This document shows positions 53,948 through 64,000 of a stretch of 64,000 nt of DNA, in pieces; within the stretch, counting starts at the first letter, position 1, and each line of letters opens with the position of its first letter. Source of the DNA: Octopus sinensis (lineage: Eukaryota); contig NC_042998.1 in the NCBI RefSeq assembly GCF_006345805.1, forward strand, positions 19,530,001 through 19,594,000, read 5' to 3'. The translations under genes and the position numbers were made by a program. The notes under the pieces were generated by a model. That model saw only the letters and a list, made by a program, of their open reading frames with translations. It did no database searches and had not been told where the DNA came from.

Positions 53948-54355
53948 AGGTGGCAAGCTGGTAGAATCGTTAGCAAACCGGGTGAAATGCTTAACAGTAT
54001 TTCGTCTGCCATTATGTTCTGAGTTCAAATTCCGCCGAGGTCGACTTTGCCTTTCATACTTTCGGGGTCGATAAATTAAGTACCAGTTACGCACTAGAGT
54101 CGATATAATCGACTTAATCCGTTTGTCTGTCCTTCTTTGTCCTCTCTGGGTTTAGCCCCTTTTGGGTAGTAAAGAAATAGGTATTTCTTCTGCCGCTATG
54201 TTCTGATTTCGAGGTTAACTTTGCCTTTCATCCTTTCGGGGTTGATTAAATAAGTACCAGTTATGCACTTGGGTCGATGTAATCGACTCAATCCCTTTGT
54301 CTGTACTTTTTTGTCCCCTCTATGTTTTCCCCCTTGTGAGCAATAACGAATTAAA
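53948..54355 (+). mobile_element. SINE family B, tandem dimer
   Basis: Same dimer architecture as 48969-49376. Confidence 0.85.
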
Positions 54356-57300
54356 CATATATATATTAATATAAGCATGAACACATACAAAAACAGATAC
54401 AGACATCCATGCAAACATACGCGTCTACTGAAATATTCATATACTATTCGACAATCTCTGATATTTGTAGTTTCTCGAATTACGTGTTCACTTCTATAAC
54501 TGGGTTTTGCAGATTTTTCTGCTACCCAATATCACACTCATCCACCTTTTCTTCTCTAATGTATTTAAAAACAATACACTGAATGTGATTGTCCTGTTTC
54601 CTTTCAGAAGTGATAATTGAAAAAAAAAAAAAGATTAACATTGAAAATGCATATTGCAGGCCAACGTGAATAGAAAATCATCTGTGTTGTCGGAGGAATT
54701 AAAGCAAACAAATTGCATATATTAAAGAAGAACATAACGTGATAAACCATTAATTATTCAATAATCTCCAATTAGGTACATTATATTCTGATGTGAAAAG
54801 AAAGAAACGAAATCGTTGTCCGAGAGATATCAGCGGAAGGAATGACAAGTAATGATTAGGCCAATGAAAATGAATAGAAGAAAGCCATTATATGTCGATA
54901 GAAAGGATTTTAATCAAAATAAAGCTCTCGTTCAAAGTGTGCCTCCAAAAGCTGTGAAAATCTCCTGACAGTAATTACTTTACGAAAGGTGAAATGTTTG
55001 ACTAAATAGTAGTTTACGAGTTAAACTGAAAGTATGATATAGTTCTGTGTGTACAAAAGAGAAGAGTGCTTTTTAGTATATTAGATTTTGGTGCGATTAA
55101 ATAGGTTATGGTTGACAATAATTTATTCCGTGCTTGTTTTATATTTGTAGAAATACCAATAAAAACCCTCTGCTAGTCTATGTGGGTTTTTATGCATTTT
55201 TCCAATCACCTGGCAATGTCTACTACGGTACAAAATCAGATTTTGACAGTTATTGTATTGCGTGAAATCGGAATGTTATTCTACGACACTATGCGTTCGT
55301 TCTGAGAGATATATTTCTACTTACGTAATTTGCTATATCTATAATATATTATTTTGCTGGCATACCCTATAGCATTCAGCTTATGTCGAAGAAACCATAA
55401 AATATGAAATGGAAGATAGTATTCGGATCTCACTACAATGTGTCCAATCTTCAGAGTATAATGTACTGAAAGCTGCTGATGTTGGAGCAAATGTAAAACT
55501 CGAATTAAATTCGAAGTTACGCTTTAGAGGGTCAAAACTATCAATGTATTTCTGCGCAAAATATATATTTTAAAATACTTCCCGTCTAAAATCTGACTAC
55601 ATTGTTCTAAAATTATTTCGTATTCAAATTCCGGGAATAATATTTTGAGCAACATTTTAAAAATGTAAACATTTTGATGAAAATTTTTCTAGAATTTCTT
55701 TTAAATGAATTTGTGAATTATAATTCCAAAATACGAAATGCTAAACTATATAAAATACATGAATAGTGCATACTTTTCAGGGTTTCTCTGGTTTCTCTAA
55801 GAAAGTATTACAGGTTTTCTTCTTCCCATTGTCTATTCAAAATTGATATCATACACATCGGAATGTGTGTGTGTGTGTATTCTTTCTTCGAAATTCTTTT
55901 TCCCATGCATTCACATGAATTCCACAGACTACCCCATCACAACCCATGTAAGCACATATAGCCCTCATCTTGGGCCCTGAAAATTACCCTAAATGCTGAG
56001 TTTCGTAACCATCGGAAGTGTCTCCAAGGACAAGGCCACCCTTAGCACAGCTAGCTCCGCATCCTTGAAACTAGCCTTTCCCTTCCTTCCCAGATGCTAT
56101 TTCTGATCTCAACAACAGTTTTTAACAATCTACATTTGCTCAAGTGAGGTCAACATCTGTGACGCTGTTTCTACTTCCCACACACAAATTTAGAGAAAAA
56201 AGTTACTCTAGAGACCGTCGTTCAATCAATACCGATTACACGTCACTCAGTTGCCTGCAGTTATATTCTCTCTTCTGCGTGTCTTTTTTACTATTAAAAA
56301 ATCGCTTGCACGTAGAGTAGAATTGCTTCATAAATGCAACTCATAGCATTCACAGCTCAGTTATCTCTCCACGTTCTGTCAACCCTGCCGCGTTCAATCC
56401 GGCTCTGCATTTCCCATCACATCTATTCTTTCTCTTCTGGACATCGTCTCTTTCGAAATTCCTCATTCCTCAACATGTTTCTTGCAGGTGTTGAACTGCA
56501 ATTGTCTAAATGGAGCTTAAACGACAACCATCACGAAAATGTCGGGGCGACTGCACTTATTATGCTTGTTGAATCTTCATCCAGATCCAGCATCTAGTGC
56601 GAATGTGTGTGTGTTTATGTGGGTGGGGGCACGCACATATGTCAGAAAACATGCATTTTATTACTAGATTTCACCGTGAAATGAGTACATCAGTTGTTAA
56701 CATTTGTGTAGGCACTGATAGTGAACAAATTAACAGAACCGGTCTGCTTATGTGATGGCACAAAATAGATCATCATTGTGATCCTTTTTATGTTAGATAC
56801 GTTTCTTCACTTAACCGTTTGTAACCTGGACGACTGTTGCACGGATTCTGAACAGCACACAGCCACTCATAAAGCCACACACACACACATATGTATTGGC
56901 ATGAAATTCTTTGACAATCGCTTCGTAAGCTTTCTACAAAATTGACCTGTATAATGTAAAATGAAGAGATTTCTCATTGTATTCTTGCGAAATGTGTATC
57001 TTTCAATATTGACTAATACATATCCGAGAGCTTCACATTTGCAATAATTTAGCCATGTAGGTCAGGGCACTCTGCTACTGAGACTAATTAGGGAGCCTGG
57101 AATCTACTTAATAGGCTTCAAATTTGCAGCCTCTACACGTGAATGAAAATTCGAATTAACACCTTGTTAAATACGTCAGCATCGTTGAAATTTAGTTAAT
57201 ACGAATAAGATCTAATGTGATAAAATCTTCAATATACACTGCATCACTGCATACATGCTGGACGTTTTTGCCACTCAAAACAGTTTATTCCTATATATGT

Positions 57301-57706
57301 CTTCATCTTGAACGCACTTTCACTCATTTTAAAACCGACATCAAGAATACATGAAACTATTATCATATGTAACGAAATTGCCTACACAAATCTCTATTTT
57401 ACACATAACGTAACCAGCGTTACTGAAATTCGTACCTCGAACGAGAGATTTCAGATGCAAACCAAGGATATGTTTTACTCTTTATCTTTTATTAAACTTT
57501 TAATATTTTTGATATATATTTAAAATAATATAAATTAAATTAATTTTATGTATTGGCTTATGTTTTTCACTGTTTGATTTGCCTAATAGTGGTTTTATCT
57601 CTAATTTAATATAATATAATATAATATATTTATACTATAAAATTGGATTTAATCCTAAATCTGATTTTTCTCTGTAAGTTTGGATTTATTCCCTAATATT
57701 TTATTA

Positions 57707-57775
<69 letters not shown>

Positions 57776-57895
57776 GTTTGGGAATGATGTACAGGTATTT
57801 CATATAAGAAATGAGGTACTCAGAAATTCTGAATGGTTTTATATTTACAGATATTTATTAGTATATTACATATTTTTATACATCATATAACGTAT

Positions 57896-57971
<76 letters not shown>

Positions 57972-58147
57972 TGTGTGTGTGTGTGTATGGTCAGGGTTGA
58001 AATAAATTTGACTGTAGTTCTATACAAATACATCTGACTTGGTGTTAAACAACGAAGATATCACACACTGCCCAAAACTACCACCTCAAAACTACCCAAA
58101 ACTACCACCTCAACCATAGCATTCGAGAGTACCATATATATATTACG

Positions 58148-58268
58148 CCGAGTTCGACTTTGCCTTTCATCCTTTCGGAGTCGATAAATTAAGCACCAGT
58201 TGCGTACTGGGATCGATTTAGCCCTTTCCCGCAAAAATTTCGGACCTTGTGCCTAGAGTAGGAAAAAA
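58148..58268 (+). mobile_element. SINE family B, 3' fragment
   Basis: ccgagttcgactttgcctttcatcctttcggagtcgataaattaagcaccag...ccttgtgcctagagtagg. Confidence 0.75.
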
Positions 58269-58502
58269 TATGTACGTAGGCATGGCTTTGGTAATCCTAA
58301 AATCATTCAATTAATCGCTAGATCAGTGGTTCCTATGCGACTTATATAATTTCTTCATCTCCAAATACAATAAACACATACATCATACACTCATTATGGT
58401 GAGAAACATGTTCTCTGACAGCACCATCGGCGAACAACAGAAATCACCAATGTCACAATTCGTACAGTCATGATTTCGGTAACACTCTCTCTATCTTTTC
58501 CT

Positions 58503-58727
58503 ATTTTACTTGTTTTAGTCATTTGACTGCGGCCATGCTGGAGCATCGCCTTTTAGTCGAGCAAATCGACCGCAGGACTTATTGTTTGCAAACCTATTAC
58601 TAATTCAATCGGTCTCTTAGCCCGAACTGCTAAGTTACGGGATCGTAAAAAACACCACCATCGGTTGCCAAGCGATGTTGGGGGGACAAACACAGAGACA
58701 CAAACATACACATACACACACACACAC

Positions 58728-58796
<69 letters not shown>

Positions 58797-59098
58797 TATA
58801 TATAATTATCAATAATAGTATAGGGTGAAATTAATTAATTTGGAATAATCATCAATTTCACCAAGTAGATTTCGGCATGTAAAAGCCCCATTCAAGGAAG
58901 GTTTAAGTAATACTAAGTAATTAAGGGTTTCGCAATCGTTGCTAAACCCTTAATTACTTAGTATATATATATATGTACGGCGGGCTTCTTTCAGTTTCTG
59001 TCTACTAAATCCACTCACAAGGTGCCTTGCAGTGGAATTGAACCCGGAACCTTGTCGTTGGTAAGCAAGCTACTTACCACACAGCCACTCCTACGCCT
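58503..59098 (-). mobile_element. SINE family C interrupted by an insertion of ~200 bp
   Basis: The tail half lies at 58503-58740 and the head half at ~58975-59098. Unrelated sequence with a hairpin lies between them. Confidence 0.75.
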
Positions 59099-59708
59099 AA
59101 ACACATTTAGTTAATCTCTAGATCAGTGGTTCCCATATTTCTGCCGCGGACTCCTTTGATATTATTTTGAAAACCGTGGAACCTTTGATAACATAATAAA
59201 TATTCCTCTTCATCTTTTATATTTTCCTCTTGGTAGTTTAGCATTTCGGTTTTAAAGAACTCACTTTGGCAATCACTGCTCCAGATTAACAATTGTGCAG
59301 CATGTTATAGATATTTACAGGTAAATGCACATGACATCCTGCAACTCATTTTTTAAAGGGCGAGTGTAATTGTTTATAAGAACTACGCGGTCTTGTTTAT
59401 GGGTTTTGTTATTTACTAGGACGTGTGTTTTGATGCATAGATTTGGTAATATTACTGTAATTCATCATGTTTTTTTGTTTTTATTCACTTAGAGATCAGT
59501 TGGGCTTCTGCTGCTGATACGGTATGTATAAACGGAGTACACTCGCATACAAGTATAGCTGTTACATTTCTCTTCATATACATACGAGCAGCCAGCCATC
59601 CTCCATCCCTCCATACATACAAATATACATACATACGTACATACATGCATGCATATATACATACATACATACATACATACATACATACATACACACATAC
59701 ATACATAA

Positions 59709-60092
59709 TGGCGGAATGTACAAGTGAAGACCTTAATAAAATATAAACACAACAGACATGATATAATGATTTGGGACAGAGAAGAGAAAATATGCTCAGT
59801 TGTGGAAATTAGCTGACCAGCGGACGTTAACATAAAGCTGAAGATAAGTTAAACAGAGAACACCCATGTTGAACTATTGAAAAATCTGCAGTTACTCTAT
59901 CCAGATTACGTGTTCAGGATTATACCTGTAATTATTGTGGTCCTGGGATATGCAACACACTGCCTAAATACCAATCTTGAGGAATGATGCACCTCAAAAC
60001 CAGAAGGAAGAGAGCTAATTCGAAGACTACAGATGAAATCCATCACTGGAACTGTAAAGATCTGTAAAACTTTCCAGAAGTTTATCATTTAA
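59709..60092 (+). mobile_element. R4/Dong/NeSL-type non-LTR element 3' end with restriction-like endonuclease
   Basis: One frame with three stops: HNRHDIMIWDREEKICSVVEIS*PADVNI...ELLKNLQLLYPDYVFRIIPVII..LG...LIRRLQMKSITGTVKICKTF. This is the RPD/E..K-type REL pattern. Confidence 0.8.
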
Positions 60093-61189
60093 ATATATAT
60101 GAGCATGAAAACATACAAATCTGCACATGCATACACATATATATACATACATACCACACAAATACCTTGATAGATAAATAGATAGATAGATACATAGATA
60201 CATAGATAGAGAGATGGATAGATAGATATGTGTGTGACAGCTGACTCAAATAGGAAATAACACAAAAATATACGTGGATGTGTAAGTAGAAACCGTGTGA
60301 AATATGTACAAAATTGAAATACTTTTAGATGAAACGTGTTAAATATTAATGATTCTTCATATAGACACGAATTCGATGGAAAGCATAATTCTTTTGTAAA
60401 TTTCAAGAGTTCGTTTTTCAATAATTTGACCATTTCAAAAGTTGTTCAAATCAATGAGATAAAAAGAAAATGGAAGAAAGCAATTACTACATGTGAGATG
60501 TTTCAAAAGAAATTATTTAACACGTACTTCAGTTTTGCAAGGGAAGAATAATATTTTTTTTCCGCATTTATAGATTTTGATTCAATTGTGAATATTAATG
60601 CTTAATTTGTCGCCTAGAATCAGGTCAACACATATATTTATAGTATATGAAAATTGAGCTCTTTTCACATTTCAAAAGCGATTCAAATATCATAACATAT
60701 TCGAAATATTCCACAATTCTTTTGAATTATCATACCAAAGAGAGGACCTCTACGCATTCACAAAAATGGTCCACGTGCTTATTTGAAGCAGGCACTCCAT
60801 GATCACGTTTGAGTGTTAGCTTAATAACAACACCAGGATTCCTAGGTTTTTATGCATTATACCTTCATCAGCTAAATGTGGGCAAATCCAAATTTTCTCC
60901 AGATATACATTGTTTTTAGTAGTGAAAGCAGTTCGCATGTATACTTACTAGGCCTCCAAAAGTACTGCAAGTGAGAGACAGAAACGCTTATTCAAACCGG
61001 AGAACTTGCAATCCTGCTTGTAACTGATCGGAGTGCGTTTAAATCTCCCAAACGCTTTGGAGTAGATTTAAGCTGCGTAACGGATTAAGTCAACAAACCA
61101 ATCCAACCATTACAGGATTTAAACTCTGTACATAAAGACTCTGTCGCCTGAGTCAAAAATGGTTCTGAAGTTCCAACATGCGATCTTTA

Positions 61190-61870
61190 GACATTTGGCA
61201 ACATTTGAAGGGTGTTTGTAGTCTTTTTTATTTTTGTATATGTGTGCATTTGGCCGCTTGAAGAAAATGCCCGATGGCCGTGTAGGAGACGAGCTTTCTT
61301 TAGGTCACCTTTTCTAGGCTCCTCTCTACGTGGAGCAAGCAGTGCTCTCTCTACATAAGGATGCTTGGTCGTTCTGAACGCTGCCGAGTGATATTGTCGT
61401 CTCCGAGTCAACTCCGGGTGACCAATGTCCTTAACAGTCTGCATGCAGGTTAGGAGATGCGGCTTCCAGTGACACATTCCACATGCCCTGTTCGCTTCCT
61501 TTCCATCATTACAGGGCTTGGAGAGTTGTGATCGTGCACTTGGACAGATCCTTCGGCCTGCACGACGGAGTTTTAAGGTAGAGTGCAGTCTGCGCAGAGC
61601 TGACCCCCAACTTTTACACCGGGAGTACATCTGCCGTGGCCCAGTAAGCTGCGACGAAGGGTCGTAGGTTTATATCGGAGTGTCCTTCTCCTAAACACGC
61701 TGCCGGTCATGTCTAATGAGCGCCAGACACTCACAGTCGTCCTTTCCTGTATGTTTAGATCCCGGTGGTACCACGAGGAGGTGGAAGTAGGACTTGGGGT
61801 TTGCGTCACTCTTTGGACGTGTGCCCAGTATGATGCTCAACCAAGCAGCATCCGGTGGGGCTATGTGGGG
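61190..61870 (-). mobile_element. Heavily decayed non-LTR RT remnant, RTE-like
   Basis: Fragments LDMTGSVF.RRTL, VKVGGQL and LGDD occur in RT motif order, with many disruptions. Confidence 0.45.
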
Positions 61871-61917
61871 CAATATAATAAAATAATATTATACACATAT
61901 ATAAGTATGTATGTATG

Positions 61918-61980
<63 letters not shown>

Positions 61981-62281
61981 TGTACTGTTCCGTGCCTATA
62001 CCCGTCTCCTCTCATAAGCTCGTCCTCCTAGCGTTCATAAAAATATTCGCTTTGCGAATCACTGTTTCAGCGAAGTTGCGTATTGTCCTTGCCCTCGTTA
62101 CACGGAGTAGATGAAAAAGGGACAACTGATGAAGGGGAATATTCTTTATGTTGCATATATCGTTTCTCTCTTCGTTTTTTTTCATAATTCAAAAAAGTGC
62201 GTTTTGTATGTTTTTGTTTTCGTTTCTCATTGTGTTCAACGTTTCTTGATGTAGGTATGTACATATGCGTATGTATATATA

Positions 62282-62340
<59 letters not shown>

Positions 62341-62954
62341 ATGAATAGAGAGAAAGTGAGAAGGGAGAGAGAGTGACTGAGTGATAGTTGAAGAAGAAAT
62401 GTCAGATATTTCAATAGTATGTGTGTCTATGTATTCTAGTTTTTATCCAAGCTTTTAGATGTGGCCATTGAATGAACATATAAGAGTCAATATTCTGTTA
62501 TCAAAGATGTCTGCTTTTTTTCAGTATTTACGAACAGAATCATATAGAAAAATTATTAAAGTGAATCAATCCGTCATGAATCTTAATTCAATTGACAGAC
62601 CGATGTCTTACTTATTATCATGTCTTACTTATTATGGAAAAATTGGTTATATGTATTAATGAAAATGCCACGTGTAAGCAGATGAAATGTGAAATCCAGA
62701 ATGATTACTCTAACTACCCAGTATCTTATCTATCAATCAGCTTTGGTATCTACCTCTTAATCTAATAACTTGTCAAACTTCTCGATTTATCAATATGAAT
62801 GTGTGTCTGTTAGTACGTATGTCTCCGTCCGTCTCCAGCGATATGTCTGTCACTGTAACTCCATCTCTGTCTGGGTGTGTATACATTCAAACTATATTTT
62901 TCTGCTTCAGTCACAAAATTTTCTTTTTATATACATATATATATATATACATAC

Positions 62955-63035
<81 letters not shown>

Positions 63036-63569
63036 TGTGTATGTATTATGTGTATATGTATGCACACGCGTACACCTCAATCAAAAAGTTCTCTTCTGAT
63101 AATGAAACGCACGTTGCCTTAAGATGTGCAATGATTGATGTGTAAGATAGGGCATATTGTAATAATAATTGTTTTCAGATTTTATAAAAGATTACCATAA
63201 TAGATAGTTCGTTGTTTATTGTATTCCAATTAAAATTACATTTAACCCAACCCAATTTTTAATCAATATATATATATATATTTTAATTATATACAAGCCA
63301 ATATTACTTATTTTCTCTTTATAGAAAATAATTTTGTATATTTTTTAAACCAAATTTTGTTATTTAATTTTATCCGCATTTTTTGGTTAGAAAAAATTTA
63401 AATAATCGATAACTTTGTTTTCGCCTAGGTGTAGGTTTCTAGTTTGATCATAAAACTCCTATCAAACGATATATTTTGAAGATATTTGGGTCTCGACATT
63501 ATTTTTGATTTTTCCCTACTGAATATGAATTACATCAGTAGAAAAAATTAGCATTCGATAATATTCAAA

Positions 63570-63882
63570 AATTACATTATCGTCATCATCATTATCGTTA
63601 TTAACATCAGCATCATTATCGTTATTAATATTATTAGTGTTATTATTGTTATTGTTGTTATTATAGTTATTATTATTATAGTTGTTGTTGTTGTTGTTAT
63701 TATTATTATTGTTATTATTATTATTGTTATTGTTGTTATTATTATTATTATTATTGTTATTGTTGTTATTATTATTATCATCATCATTGTTATTGTTGTT
63801 ATTATTATTATTATTATTGTTGTTATTATTATTATCATCATCATTGTTATTGTTGTTGTTATTATCATTATTGTTATTATCA

Positions 63883-63914
<32 letters not shown>

Positions 63915-63920
63915 TTCTGT
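63570..63920. repeat. Compound (TAT/TGT/CAT)n trinucleotide repeat
   Basis: Directly visible; it is the source of the 104-aa I/T-rich ORF. Confidence 0.95.
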
Positions 63921-64000
63921 AATGCCCCACTCTTATTGCAGCTCCTACTTGTTCCACGTACTTCTCAAGATTTTTACTCACTGTTCTCAGAGCTCCGACA

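Noticed and set aside
55930-56600. Possible LINE endonuclease and RTE fragments on the - strand
   Set aside because: Matches are limited to a few residues across broken frames.
60835-60880. - strand CTGATGAaggt...acct hairpin
   Set aside because: GAAA and stem III are missing.

Overview
AT-rich, repeat-dominated eukaryotic DNA. The SINE families, Penelope/CR1/RTE/R4-like remnants and very dense (AT)n/(AC)n/(ATAG)n microsatellites look like an octopus (cephalopod) genome; this is inferred from repeat style, not from a marker gene. No host protein-coding gene can be identified with confidence. Most ORFs in the track are microsatellite artefacts or antisense of transposons. Supported content: the 5' part of a LINE with a Myb/SANT-like plus multi-CCCH zinc-finger ORF1 (1-1620, -); two CR1-group LINEs (34747-36380 and a near-complete 36960-40240); an RTE 3' end; an R4/Dong-like restriction-like endonuclease remnant; two divergent L1/Tx1-like ORF1 remnants; several Penelope remnants; two mariner elements; a maT/rosa-like fragment; three SINE families; a TTAGGG-containing element with 30-bp TIRs; a MITE and long palindromes. 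The best hidden signal is three minimal type I hammerhead ribozyme motifs sharing a GAAAC-GAUC-(G/A)UA stem III (32748-32839 intact; 10479-10529 and 23285-23376 partly degenerate). A few orphan exon-like segments, one faintly plexin/Sema-like, may belong to a long-intron host gene.
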